Positions 41,228 through 52,265 of a DNA stretch of 64,000 nucleotides are shown piece after piece; the first letter of the stretch is position 1, and each line of letters begins with the position of its first letter. Under the pieces are notes generated by a model. The model saw nothing but the letters and a program-made list of their open reading frames with translations, had not been told where the DNA came from and did no database searches. The stretch is from an uncultured bacterium (lineage in GTDB: Bacteria > Babelota > Babeliae > Babelales > Vermiphilaceae). The stretch is from contig CAVSFC010000002.1 of assembly GCA_963727255.1 (NCBI GenBank), positions 640,001 through 704,000 of the forward strand, written 5' to 3'. Position numbers and translations under genes: made by a program.

Positions 41228-41242
41228 TCAAACATCTATAAT

Positions 41243-41332
41243 AATTTCTCGATGCACTGGCGCGCTTCTGGTGTGCCAAGCATAGTGATCAGCTCATGAA
41301 TTTCCGGACCATGTTCTTTGCCCATCAATGCC
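41243..41332 (-). repeat. 90-bp duplicate of the gltX 3' end (partner at 42049-42138)
   Basis: 85/90 identical, direct orientation, followed by its own stop codon. Confidence 0.92.
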
Positions 41333-41401
41333 TATGCAGGCATTATACTATAAAAGCTAAGCCCAAGATTACTGTGCAATAAAGATAAATGGCCCAAAAG
41401 C

Positions 41402-41430
41402 TTGACCCTGGTGCCACAAGATGGCACCAT
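41402..41430 (+). promoter_or_regulatory. hicAB promoter/operator
   Basis: TTGACC followed by perfect palindrome TGGTGCCA-N5-TGGCACCA. Confidence 0.7.
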
Positions 41431-41454
41431 GTTATAAAGCATGTGGAGAATAAG

Positions 41455-41716
41455 ATGAAAAATAAGCATCGCAAAATCTTGGCTCAGATTTTTAAGACTC
41501 CTGTTCCGGCAAATATCAGATGGGATGATATAGAAAAGTTGTTTAAATCTGGGGGCAGATGTTACTGAGGCTCGTGGGTCACGGGTACGGATTGAGCTAA
41601 ACGGTGAAGAAGCAGTTTTTCATCGGCCCCATCCAAGAAGGGAAACGGATAAAGGTGCGGTTGTTTCAGTCCGCAAATTTCTAATAAATGCAGGGATAGA
41701 TCATGATGAAATATAA
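41455..41716 (+). pseudogene. hicA: HicA toxin, frameshifted near 41550
   Basis: MKNKHRKILAQIF..NIRWDDIEKLF, then in another frame GSRVRIELNG..FHRPHP. Confidence 0.8.
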
Positions 41717-42023
41717 AGGCTATTACGGCGTTGTAACTTATGATGAAGAAGCTAAAATTCTTCATGGTGAAGTTATAGGGTTAAAAGCGGTAATCACTTT
41801 TCAGGCTGATAATGCCAAAGACATAGAAAAAGAATTTCATACATCAGTTGATGTATACTTGGAATGGTGCAAGGAGCGAGGCGTAAAACCAGAAAAAGAA
41901 TTTTCAGGCAATCTTCGCATCAGACTTGATAAAAAGACACACTCTGAGCTAGCCAAAGAAGCAGCTTTACATGGCATCAGCTTGAACAAATTAGTTTTAG
42001 ATAGAATTACGAACAAGAGATAA
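41703..42023 (+). CDS. hicB: HicB antitoxin
   Basis: 'MKYKGYYG', 'SVDVYLEWC', 'FSGNLRIRL', RHH 'SLNKLV'. Confidence 0.92.
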   Translation: MMKYKGYYGVVTYDEEAKILHGEVIGLKAVITFQADNAKDIEKEFHTSVDVYLEWCKERGVKPEKEFSGNLRIRLDKKTHSELAKEAALHGISLNKLVLDRITNKR

Positions 42024-42038
42024 ACAGAATGAAAATTC

Positions 42039-43466
42039 CTAGGTGAGCAATTTCTCGATGCGCTGGCGCGTTTCTGGTGTGCCAAGCATAGTGATCAGTT
42101 CATGAATTGCCGGGCCATGTTCTTTGCCCATCAATGCCATTCTCAAAAACCAAAATAATTGGCTTAGAGGAATAGTGTGATTTTTAGCTTCTCTTTTTAA
42201 AGCAGTCACAAATGCTTCCGGTTGATCAATTAAATGTAAATTATCTTTTACCAATGTTACTAATGCTTGATGTTCTGCCTTCAAAATTGTTTTATCAATC
42301 TTGGGAGCATCAAATATAAATGCGAGTGCCGGGCCAATATCTGCCAATGTTTGCAAATCGCTTTTGATCGCTTGAATAAGCGCGGTCAGCGTTGCGCGGG
42401 GCAATGTATCTGCTTGCGTATAAGAGGCAAGTAAAAATGGAATGCATCGGCTTGTTAGATCTTCAGGATCTAATTTCGCAATCCATTTGTGATTGAGCCA
42501 GCGTAATTTCTCAACATCATACCGGACATGGCCGGTTGAATGGATATGTTCAAAATTTATTTTCTGTCCCAATTCCGGCAAACTCATAATCTCTTGTTCA
42601 AAAGTGCCGCCGCCGATGATTGCCAAATAGTTATCAATTGCTTCCGGCAAATATCCTGCATCCATTAAATCAGTTAATGAAAATCCAAAATCACGCTTTG
42701 AGAGCTTTTTGCCTTCGGCATTGCATAAAATGGGCAGGTGCCAAAACGTGGGAATTTTAACTTCAAAGAGTTCATAGAGCGCTGCTTGATTGGCAGTATT
42801 GGTCAAATGATCTTCGCCGCGGATCACATGGGTTATTTTCATTACCATGTCATCAACAAAATTGGCAAAGATAAAGGTTACCGTGCCATCGGCGCGTGTA
42901 ATGGGAAAATCAGCAAAATTCTTAAATTCAAAGGTAATGGAGCCATGAGCTAAATCATGAATCGTCACTGTGCCATTATCATCCAATTTTACCCGCCAAA
43001 TAAATGGAGCGCCATCTGCAAGAAGTTTTTCTATTTCTGCTGGTGATCGTTTTAAGCAGGTGCGATCATAACGGGGGGGCATTTTGAGTGCTATTTGCCG
43101 TTGCCGTTTTTTCTCCAATTCTTCGGGTGTACAGAAGCAGCGATAGATTTTATTTTTATCTTTGAGCTCTTGAATATACTGTTCATAAATTGCCGTGCGT
43201 TCTGATTGGAAGTATGGAGGATACGGCCCGCCCTTTACCGGTCCTTCTTGATAGTCAAGGCCAAGCCAGTGCAGGTCAGCTAGAATTTTTTTTGCCTGTG
43301 GATCAAAGTTGCGCTGGGTATCGGTATCTTCGATACGAATAATAAAGGTGCCTTTTTTTTGTTGCGCAAAAAGATAGTTCATCAGGGCCGTTCTAACATT
43401 GCCTAAATGCATAAGCCCGGTTGGCGATGGGGCAAAACGGACACGAATTGGGGAATTTGTATTCAT
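42039..43466 (-). CDS. gltX: Glutamate--tRNA ligase
   Basis: RFAPSPTG.HLGN, RIEDTD, IRGEDH, KLSKR. Confidence 0.96.
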   Translation of the reverse strand: MNTNSPIRVRFAPSPTGLMHLGNVRTALMNYLFAQQKKGTFIIRIEDTDTQRNFDPQAKKILADLHWLGLDYQEGPVKGGPYPPYFQSERTAIYEQYIQELKDKNKIYRCFCTPEELEKKRQRQIALKMPPRYDRTCLKRSPAEIEKLLADGAPFIWRVKLDDNGTVTIHDLAHGSITFEFKNFADFPITRADGTVTFIFANFVDDMVMKITHVIRGEDHLTNTANQAALYELFEVKIPTFWHLPILCNAEGKKLSKRDFGFSLTDLMDAGYLPEAIDNYLAIIGGGTFEQEIMSLPELGQKINFEHIHSTGHVRYDVEKLRWLNHKWIAKLDPEDLTSRCIPFLLASYTQADTLPRATLTALIQAIKSDLQTLADIGPALAFIFDAPKIDKTILKAEHQALVTLVKDNLHLIDQPEAFVTALKREAKNHTIPLSQLFWFLRMALMGKEHGPAIHELITMLGTPETRQRIEKLLT

Positions 43467-43585
43467 GATAACTATTTTTAAAAGTAATTTGTTGAAGTTA
43501 ACTATCAGTTAGTATAACTAAATATTGAAAATTTAATATCATACCTTCCCGTGCATCGCCAAGGGGCTTTTGTGCAAAAAATTAA

Positions 43586-43996
43586 TGCACCTGCCCGGCG
43601 CATGGGGCAAGGTGCCAGTGCGGGCACCTTGCATCCCGCACCAAGGGCTTTGCCCTTTGGAAACCCTCATATTCGCTGCCGCAAAAATCCTTTCCTGGCT
43701 CGGTTTTGCCACGTAACGCAAAACCGCTAACGCGGCAAGCCTCGCCGGTGGCGGCTTTCGCCTTGGCTCGCACGCATCGCCAGGCTCACGGCACGCTTTA
43801 GGAAAACAAAAAGAATTTTTTTTTAGAAAATTAATCATGTTGCGGTTGAGTGTTTGAGGATCCGCAGCTCCTGGAGGGGAGCGAGGATCCGAGTTGCAAC
43901 GCAACTGAGGGGATTACAAAGGCGCCCAGCCTTTGGCGCACGAGGTCCAGGAGGGTTTGCGAAAACCTTACTGGCGCATGCGGCGCGGAGCCGCTC
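43586..43996. mobile_element. Large GC-rich multi-hairpin MITE-like/structured element, copy B
   Basis: Shares terminal hairpin modules with 34006-34616; lies between divergent genes. Confidence 0.55.
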
Positions 43997-44079
43997 TAAA
44001 AATATTTCTTATTTAAATTAACCAACTTTTTGACACCAAAGACCCGCATTTGTTACGATCGTTGAAAAAGTAAGGAGTA

Positions 44080-44364
44080 GTGAAAATGAAGAAATGTCTT
44101 AAAATTGCTTTTGGGACACCGAGTCCCGGTTCGCTAATTAGCGAAATTCAAAAAAAAGGTACCAAATTAGGAATAGAGGGGACTATTCAATTTGTGCCAG
44201 CCGATAAAGAACTCAGGATAATCGCTTGCGGGCTCAAGGAGCAGGTGGATCAATTCGTTGATCTTGTTCATAAGGATGCTGCCCAAGCAGGGATCAATGA
44301 TATTAACATTGAGCCTTTTGTGAAAGCAAAAGATTATCGGGGTGCTTTTCGCATTATTGAGTAA
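44080..44364 (+). CDS. Acylphosphatase-like protein (degenerate active site)
   Basis: 'KLGIEGT', 'IIACG..EQVDQFV', 'FRII'; lacks GRVQGVGFR; TTGACA/TACGAT promoter at 44030-44059. Confidence 0.6.
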   Translation: MKMKKCLKIAFGTPSPGSLISEIQKKGTKLGIEGTIQFVPADKELRIIACGLKEQVDQFVDLVHKDAAQAGINDINIEPFVKAKDYRGAFRIIE

Positions 44365-44764
44365 GTTTGCCTAATATTCCTCTTGGTTTAATTTTATAGC
44401 ATCGATAGATTGCTTGCTTAATATCGGCGCCTTTGGCAATTTCTTCTTCCATACATTGATCAAATATGAGATTTTCTTCATCGATTTTGGCGAATGTACC
44501 TGCAAAAATAGTATCGAGCTTGCCATCGAAATATTGATCTGCTTTATGGTATACATGGGCTATGCCTATCAAACAAACTACATAGCCTGCAACGGTTAAC
44601 TCCCGCTCGTAATTTTCTGCAAGATATTCTAATCCAGATACGGTTAAACGTGCTAACCCAAGGGTTGCATTGGCACAAGTAACGGCTTTCTCTTTTGCCT
44701 CCTCCAGCGTTATAGGATTTATTGATAATGAGAATGTTAACAATAGAATTAAAATATTCTTCAA
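44354..44764 (-). CDS. Secreted/membrane hypothetical protein
   Basis: Signal-like N-terminus and internal TM. Confidence 0.55.
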   Translation of the reverse strand: MKNILILLLTFSLSINPITLEEAKEKAVTCANATLGLARLTVSGLEYLAENYERELTVAGYVVCLIGIAHVYHKADQYFDGKLDTIFAGTFAKIDEENLIFDQCMEEEIAKGADIKQAIYRCYKIKPRGILGKLTQ

Positions 44765-44919
44765 AGGCTTTTTTCTCTTCGGTGGGTAAGTTTATAGGGC
44801 ATTTATAACTAAGAATAGCTATCTTTACGAGTTTTTACATGATTTTTTTGATTTATTTTGAAAACGACTTAATGTAGAAATTGTCATTTAAAATATAGAT
44901 TCTTTTTCTGGGGATGTTA

Positions 44920-45622
44920 ATGGACAATCATCAATCACGATCACCATGATCATTATCATGATCATGAGCATAGCCTATCGCAGTGAGCTTATTTCATCAT
45001 TTGCCCTATGCGATTTTTTCTGTTGCATTTGCACTTATTATTTTAAGTTTTGTAACGCTTGCTCTTAAAAATATGGCGCAGCAATATGATCGCCCAAAGT
45101 GGGGCAAAAATGCTTTTTCATAGCTTTCACTTTATGCATATTGTATTTGCGGCAACAGGTACCATTGTAACTTTCCGCCGCTTTTGCAAAACATTTGGTT
45201 CCAGCGCTTATTGATAGGTATTTGGTCACCCAGTTATTTTTTGCACGCTTTCAGATTCGATATTGCCTTATTTGGGTGGTCGCGCGTTGGGCGTTGCCAT
45301 GAGCTTTCATTTGTGCTTTTTTACTGAATTGGCCAATGTTTTGCCATTTCTTTTTGTGGGTATCATTAATGGTATGTTTTGAGTAAACATAGTCAAGAAC
45401 ATCAAAAATTTTATTCGCTTTTTTCTCATTTTGTTCATATTTTTGTCAGTTCATTTGGCGTCTACTTTTTATTTAGTGTCCCATGGATTTATGGATTGGT
45501 ATAAAGATATCGGGTTTGTTTTTCTATTTATTATCATTGCAGTAGTGATACCATGTACCTTATCAGATGTGGTAGTGCCGATGGCATATGCGAGGGTTGC
45601 ACGAAAAGATGAGAAGCATTAG
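44920..45622 (+). CDS. His-rich N-terminus polytopic membrane protein (frameshifted in assembly)
   Basis: CAT/GAT-rich start, 'HLPYAIFSVAF', 'FHSFHFMHIVFAATG', 'PCTLSDVVVP'. Confidence 0.6.
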
Positions 45623-46703
45623 ATTAGAGAATATTAAAAAGACGTTTCCATGGTGAAACCATTCTTGAAAATATTAATCTCACCATACCCGGCGGTAAAA
45701 TTTTTGCTTTGCTTGGCCCAAGCGGGAGTGGAAAAACAACGATTTTGCGCTTAATTGCCGGATTTGAAGAAGTTGATGAAGGCAAGATTTATTTGGGCGA
45801 TGAAGATATTACTCATGTGCCGATCAATGAACGGCACATTAATACGGTTTTTCAAAATTATGCATTATTTCCCCATTTGAATGTGTTTGATAATATTGCA
45901 TTTAGCCAGCGTATCAAAAATGTTCCTCAAGATATCATCGAACAAAAAGTGCAAAAAGTTATTAAAACCGTGCATCTTGAAAAGCATATCTATAAATCAA
46001 TTCAGCAACTTTCTGGCGGCCAGCAGCAGCGCGTTGCACTTGCGCGGGCAATTATTAATGAGCCGGAAGTTCTTTTGCTTGATGAGCCGTTGGCAGCGCT
46101 TGATTTAAAATTGCGTGAACGCATGCTTATCGAATTAATCGATTTGCAAAGCGCACTCAAAACAACGTTTGTCTATGTAACCCATGATCAGTTTGAAGCA
46201 TTAACCGTTGCAGATACTATGGCGATTATGAATCCTGATGGTCAAATTGAGCAAGTTGGTACGCCAAAAGAAATTTATGAATTTCCCGTCTCTTCATTTG
46301 TCGCGCAATTTGTTGGCTCTACCAATATTTTTAAAGGAACATTGCGAAGTGAAGATGGCAGCAGTATCTTGAAATTGAAGGAATCGGGCGCTGTGAAGTT
46401 GTAATGCCGCATAAGCAAAAAGAATGGGCAAAAGAAGGGGCTAATGTATTTATGAGTGTGCGCCCTGAAAAAATTGATATCAGCAAAACACCGCTTGAAG
46501 GTTTTTCAAATAGTCTGCAAGGAATTGTTGCTTCGATTGTCTATCATGGCCGTTCAACGCAATATAATGTTCGCTTGAACTAATGGCCAAGTGGTGCAAG
46601 TATTTGAGCAAAATGAGGAGCATTTTCCTAAAGAAGTTATTGATTATGATGATAGGTATATTTGTATTGGCAAAAAGAAAATGTGGTGGTTTTAGAAAAA
46701 TGA
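45609..46703 (+). CDS. potA: Spermidine/putrescine ABC ATPase (frameshifted in assembly)
   Basis: GPSGSGKT, 'FQNYALFPH', LSGGQQQR, 'VTHDQ'. Confidence 0.88.
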
Positions 46704-47582
46704 ATAAGCAATTAAAAGAGTTTTCGCAGACGAATTCATTTTTTTATGGCGATGCCGGCAGTGGCATGGCAGATTTTATTTTTTTATATTCCGGTTGCAT
46801 TGGTTATTTTGTCAGTTTTGTTAAAACAGTGCACGGTCATGGGACTCCTATCGTTACTCTTGAGCATTATGCATATTTTATAGCTCCGCTCTTTTTTTGG
46901 GTTATTATGCGTTCACTTGTTTTGGCTTTTATAACTGCATTGTATTTGTTTACTGCTTTGCCTATCCGGTTGCATATGTGTTTGGCGGTAAAGATTGAAC
47001 GATATAAAAATATTTTCTTATTTTTTTTAATTTTGCCATTTTGGACGAGTTTAATGGTGCAGGTATATTCATGGTTTTTTGTTCTTGAGCACAATGGATT
47101 GCTTAATACAATTTTTATGAGAATTGGATTAATTCAGCCACCTATTCATTTGCTCAATACGAACTTTTCCATTTATTTGGTAATGGTTTATTGTTATTTG
47201 CCATTCATGATTATGCCGCTTTACACCGCCCTTGAAAAAATTGATCGAAGGATGTTTGAAGCGGCTGCAGATTTAGGTGCTTCGCAATGGCAAGCTTTAG
47301 CGAGTTACGATTCCTTTATCGATGCCAGGAATTAAGAACAGGTTTTTTCTTGGTATTTGTTCCTTCATTTGGCGAATTTGTAGTGCCGACATTATTGGGC
47401 GGCGGCAAACAGCTTTTTGTTGGATCGTTTATTACGCAATATTTTTTATCGGCGCGAAATCCGTATTTGGGCGCTGCATTTACCTGCTTAGTGGCTTCAT
47501 ATTATTGATCAGCGATCGCATTGCTCTATTGGTATTTTACAAGCGGATGGATTGCGTATGCAAGCAAAAGGGGCAACGATGA
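46700..47582 (+). CDS. potB: Spermidine/putrescine ABC permease (frameshifted)
   Basis: 'LPFWTS', 'YLPFMIMPLY', 'EAAADLGA', 'FVVPTLLGG'. Confidence 0.85.
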
Positions 47583-48367
47583 TTCGTTATAAAAATATAT
47601 TTCTTACCTATCTTGTTACGTTTTTTGCGGTCTTTGCCTATTTTTTTTTATATATGCCGATCGTTATTTTGGTAATTTTTTCGTTTAATAGATCAGATAT
47701 GCCGTTTGCATGGGAGGGATTTTCACTCAAATGGTATAATGCATTTTGGGCCTCGAGTGATATTTGGCTTGCTTTAAAAAATTCATTGATTGTTGCCAGC
47801 ATCAGTAGTTTTAAGTTTATTACTCGGGTTATTTTTTGTATTTTATAGCTCACGAAATTTTTTGGGACGTTTTTTTGTTATGTTTTATGCGAGTTTGGCA
47901 GTGCCGGAAATTGTGCTTGCTGTTGGATTGCTCACCCTATTTTCATTTTTTTCAGTGCCTCTTGGGCTTATCACTTTATTGCGGGTCATACATTGATTGG
48001 GCTTGGGTACGTAGTTCCTATTTTGAGTCTCGTTATGAAGAGCTTGATAAGCGGTATATGGAAGCAGCGCTGGATTTAGGTGCGACGGAAGGACAAACGT
48101 TGCGAAAAGTGATGGTCCCCTTATTATTGCCTTCATTAATGGCAGCAGCGATTATTGGTATTTGTGCTTTCGCTTGATGATTTTATTATTTCATTCTTTT
48201 GTTCTGGTGGTTCAACGCAGACATTGCCGATATATATTTTTGTGATGATTCGATCAGGAGCAACGCCGATGATTAATGCATTATCCACTATTTTATTGGT
48301 GGTAAGTAGCTTATTAGTGTTATTATTTTCTTCACTTAAAATTAAAAAGACGGATTTACTACAATGA
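47579..48367 (+). CDS. potC: Spermidine/putrescine ABC permease (frameshifted)
   Basis: 'FSFN', 'PEIV', 'EAALDLGA', 'LSLDDFIISFF', 'TLPIYIF'. Confidence 0.85.
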
Positions 48368-49436
48368 GAATACCGTTAGTTCCTTATTCGTACGTTTGGG
48401 CATATTTTTTTTTTGGATGGCGATAATTGGTTTTTTTCTCATGTTGCCAACGATTGCTCAGCGATTTAACCATGAGCGAGTCATTAACCATTTTCTCTTG
48501 GCCTCTTATTGCTCGATCCGATTTATATTAAAAAATTTTGAAAAAGAGACGGGCATAAAATTGTATATTACTTATTTTGAAAATGGCCCTGCTCTTTTGA
48601 GTAAAGTAGTTGCAACCAAAGGGAGCGGTTATGATATGATTATTCCCGATGATCATTCCCTGGAATTACTTATTCAACAAGAAATTATTTAAAAAAATTG
48701 ATCAAATCAATGTTAACTTTTTGGCACAGACTTAATCCAATCTTGCTTAATATGTATGCTGATCCTGCAAATGAATATTCGATTCCTTATTATTGGGGCG
48801 TGTATGGCATTGGCTATGATCAAGATCTTTTTAAAAATGGTCCGCCTGCCAGCAAAATGGTCTACTCTATTTGATCCGTAAGATTTGTCCATCTACACGT
48901 GTATGCATGACTGATGATCCGCGAGAAGCGATTTTATTAACAGCGCAATATCTTTTTGGGACATCGATGCACTCAAAGATAAAGATGCTCGCGAGCAAGT
49001 AAAAAATGCGCTTATTAAGCAAAAAAAACAGGTTGAAGTGTATACCATTTCCCGGTCTGATAATTTATTGCAAAGTAAAAGTTGCGGACTTGCCGCAATT
49101 ATGAGCCCAGAGGTTGCGCGCCTTCATAAAGAGAATCCTAATATTAATATGGTGATTCCGCGAAGAAGGGAGCTTTGTGGTGATTGATTCGATGGCAATT
49201 CCTACGAGCAACGCAAAAAAGATGAAATGATTTACCAATTTCTTAATTATCTTTTTAGAAAAGAAGTGGTTGCCCATCATGTTGAAAGTTTTGGCTATTG
49301 TTCTCCATTAATAACATTAGCGCCTGAACAAACTGAGTTTTGCCCTTTTGACCGATTTAAAACCTTCGATTTCTTTAGAAATGTGATCTCAGATGATGAG
49401 ATTAATGCTCTCTGGATTGAAGTGTTGGCAGCGTAA
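48364..49436 (+). CDS. potD: Polyamine-binding protein (frameshifted)
   Basis: 'FEKETGIK', 'GYDMIIP', 'YSIPYYWG..GI', 'DDPRE', 'QFLNYL'. Confidence 0.8.
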
Positions 49437-49513
49437 TGGTTACTATTTGACTTCTATTTTAATTTTTCGTTAATACTAAAATAGTTTTCGTACTCAATGA
49501 TAAAGGAGAAAAA

Positions 49514-50056
49514 ATGATAAAAAAATTTTTACTCACCGTATTAATGGTTTCAAGTTTTAATATGTATGCGGATAGCAAAGTTGGTTCAACCCGTCTTTCA
49601 AAGAAAGACAAACAAGATTTGGTAGAGATGTTTACCGAATTTATTGATGGAATGGAACGCAGTAGCGATGCGCCAATAAAGGAGCAAATTAATTCGCGCT
49701 GGTGGTTTTGGGAAACACCGATGGCGCGCATAGAGCGATCCATCGATCAACTTAATCAAATGGCCCAGCAGATTCAAAATTATATTGTTGAATTAAATGT
49801 TGCTCAACAGGATGATCATGGAGCAAAAGAATGCTGTAAAGAAGCTTTGAAGCGATTAGAGCAGCTCGAGTTATTGTTGGCAAAACTTATAGCGTTGCTC
49901 ATTGAAGAGCGCGGAGTGCTTGGCAGTCTTGATGATGAATCGGTAGGCGAGCAAGAGTTCAATAGCGTTGCGGATATTGATAATGCGGAGTTATCAATAA
50001 TTTCTTGGCTCAAGACCATCTATCGAGAACAGCTAAAAGATAAGTTTATTTCGTAA
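49514..50056 (+). CDS. Secreted coiled-coil hypothetical protein
   Basis: AAGGAG RBS, signal peptide, heptad repeats. Confidence 0.7.
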   Translation: MIKKFLLTVLMVSSFNMYADSKVGSTRLSKKDKQDLVEMFTEFIDGMERSSDAPIKEQINSRWWFWETPMARIERSIDQLNQMAQQIQNYIVELNVAQQDDHGAKECCKEALKRLEQLELLLAKLIALLIEERGVLGSLDDESVGEQEFNSVADIDNAELSIISWLKTIYREQLKDKFIS

Positions 50057-50069
50057 GAAGTTATAGGTT

Positions 50070-50105
50070 AAAGCGCTCTTGGCATATCTGTCAGGAGCGC
50101 TTTTT
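50070..50105 (+). terminator. Rho-independent terminator
   Basis: AAAGCGCTCTTGGCA-loop-TGTCAGGAGCGCTTTTT. Confidence 0.8.
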
Positions 50106-50183
50106 GCTTTCTAACAATGATTATTTTCGCTATGCTAATTAGGTAGTCTCCACTATGACATTTGTAACGGTAAAGATGATTCG

Positions 50184-52097
50184 ATGAGCACCCCAAATAA
50201 TAAATTTTATGTAACTACCCCTATCTATTATGTTACAGCCAAGCCCCATTTGGGCCACCTCTATTCTACGGTGATAGCCGATGTTTTGGCTCGATGGCAT
50301 AAACTCAAAAATGATAAAACACTATTTTTGACTGGAACCGATGAATTCGGCCAAAAAATTGCCCAAGCTGCTGAAAAAGCGGGCAAAGACCCCCAAACTT
50401 TTGTGAACAGCTTTATTGATGCGTATAAAGATGTTTGGCGCGAATATGGGATAGGCTATGATATCTTCATGCGTACTACCAATGATTTTCATATAAAAGC
50501 GGTGCAAAAATGGATTCTCCAGCTTATGGAAAAAGGAGATATCTATAAATCATTTTATGAAGGTTGGTATTGCACCCAGGATGAAACTTTTATAACAGAA
50601 TTTGAAAAGAGTGAAGTTGCGCCAAATTGCCCCTCGTGCGGGCGCGAAACCCATTGGGTTTCTGAAGAAGCATATTTTTTCAAACTTTCTGCCTATCAGG
50701 ATCGTTTGCTAAAATTTTATGAAGAGAATCCAAATTTTATTGTTCCCAAAGAACGTGCGCATGAGGTTATAAATTTTGTAAAAGCCGGGTTACGAGATTT
50801 AAGCATCTCGCGGACTACCGTTAAATGGGGAGTGCCATTTCCCAATGATTCAAAACATGTTACCTATGTATGGGCGGATGCATTAAACAACTATATTACT
50901 GCAATTGGCTATCTGCAAAAGGAAAAAGAAAAAGAATTTAATTTTTGGTGGCCTGCTGATGTGCAAGTGATGGGCAAAGATATTGTGCGATTTCACGCAG
51001 TCTATTGGCCGGCATTTTTAATGGCATCCGATTTGGCACTTCCAAAACATTTATTAGTGCATGGATGGTTTAAAGTTGGTGCGCAAAAAATGTCTAAATC
51101 ATTGGGTAATGTAATTGACCCACATACCTTATATCGAGCATATGGCGCTGATCCGGTACGTTATTATTTGATGCGCCAGATGGCCATAACCCATGATGGT
51201 GAATTTTCAACTACAGATTTGGAACAGAAGATTTCTTCGGATTTGGCAGATGATTTAGGTAATTTGCTCAATCGTATGTCTACGTTGGCACTTAAATATA
51301 ATTTAAATGAGTTGCTTGCTCCTCAAAATTGGTCTGGATCAGCGCAAGAGCTCTATAAAGAAAGTATTGCTACAATTAAAGAATATAATGAGCAAATGAG
51401 CGAGTTCATGTTTCATATGGCGCTGGCACGCGTATGGAAATTTATTAGTCAAACCAACGCATACTTCCATTCGCAAGAACCGTGGAAAGTTGCTCAAAAA
51501 GATCCGAAGGCATTTGCGGAAATGCTCTCTGCGACTGTGCACGCATTAAACACAGTAGCAATTTTACTATGGCCGATAATGCCACAAAAAATGGAGCAAT
51601 TATTGGCAAGTATCGGTATGACTCTCGATTTGAAAAAAAATACTATTGAGCAACTTGCTCGTGATTCGTGGGATAAAACATTTATGATTACAAAAATTGA
51701 AACCTTGTTTGCAAAGCCGGCTGAAGAAAAAAAATCTGATTTGCCACCACTGGCTGCATCGGTGGCAGATGATAGCATTGCAATCGAAGATTTTGCAAAA
51801 GTAAAATTAATGATTGGTACTATTGAGCAGTGCGAAGAGATTTCAGGTTCGGATAAATTATATAAATTGCAGGTTGATTTTGGGGCAATCGGCAAACGGC
51901 AAATTCTTTCTGGCGTACGTAAATACTTTAAACCAGAGGAATTGATCGGCAACCAAGCAGTGTTTGTAGTTAATTTAAGACCTCGTAAAATGATGGGCGT
52001 GGAATCGCAAGGCATGTTGCTTACCGCATCGGATGATCAAAATTTTAGCGTGCTCTCCCCAAATGCAAAAATTGCTAATGGAACCATTTTAAAATAG
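50184..52097 (+). CDS. metG: Methionine--tRNA ligase with C-terminal tRNA-binding domain
   Basis: TTPIYY..HLGH, KMSKSLGN, C-terminal OB fold. Confidence 0.97.
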   Translation: MSTPNNKFYVTTPIYYVTAKPHLGHLYSTVIADVLARWHKLKNDKTLFLTGTDEFGQKIAQAAEKAGKDPQTFVNSFIDAYKDVWREYGIGYDIFMRTTNDFHIKAVQKWILQLMEKGDIYKSFYEGWYCTQDETFITEFEKSEVAPNCPSCGRETHWVSEEAYFFKLSAYQDRLLKFYEENPNFIVPKERAHEVINFVKAGLRDLSISRTTVKWGVPFPNDSKHVTYVWADALNNYITAIGYLQKEKEKEFNFWWPADVQVMGKDIVRFHAVYWPAFLMASDLALPKHLLVHGWFKVGAQKMSKSLGNVIDPHTLYRAYGADPVRYYLMRQMAITHDGEFSTTDLEQKISSDLADDLGNLLNRMSTLALKYNLNELLAPQNWSGSAQELYKESIATIKEYNEQMSEFMFHMALARVWKFISQTNAYFHSQEPWKVAQKDPKAFAEMLSATVHALNTVAILLWPIMPQKMEQLLASIGMTLDLKKNTIEQLARDSWDKTFMITKIETLFAKPAEEKKSDLPPLAASVADDSIAIEDFAKVKLMIGTIEQCEEISGSDKLYKLQVDFGAIGKRQILSGVRKYFKPEELIGNQAVFVVNLRPRKMMGVESQGMLLTASDDQNFSVLSPNAKIANGTILK

Positions 52098-52265
52098 GTA
52101 ATTTTTACGTTTGTTTCTCGGCTACGCACTGCACACTTCGCGCAAAGCTAAGGGATTTGAATTGAGTTGGTTGTGCGGATTGCTAGCCTCTAGCTTGAAT
52201 TTAAAATGGATGGTACACTATCGTTTGTCGTTAAAAATAATACAAATATGATTGTAGGATGAAAA

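Noticed and set aside
43586..43996. RNase P RNA, tmRNA, SRP RNA or group II intron
   Set aside because: Could not find GAGGAAAGTCC, tRNA-like ends with CCA, or a domain V motif on either strand by eye; an Rfam scan is still advisable.
34006..43996. Prophage or ICE
   Set aside because: No integrase, transposase, phage structural or conjugation genes, and the interval includes core gltX.
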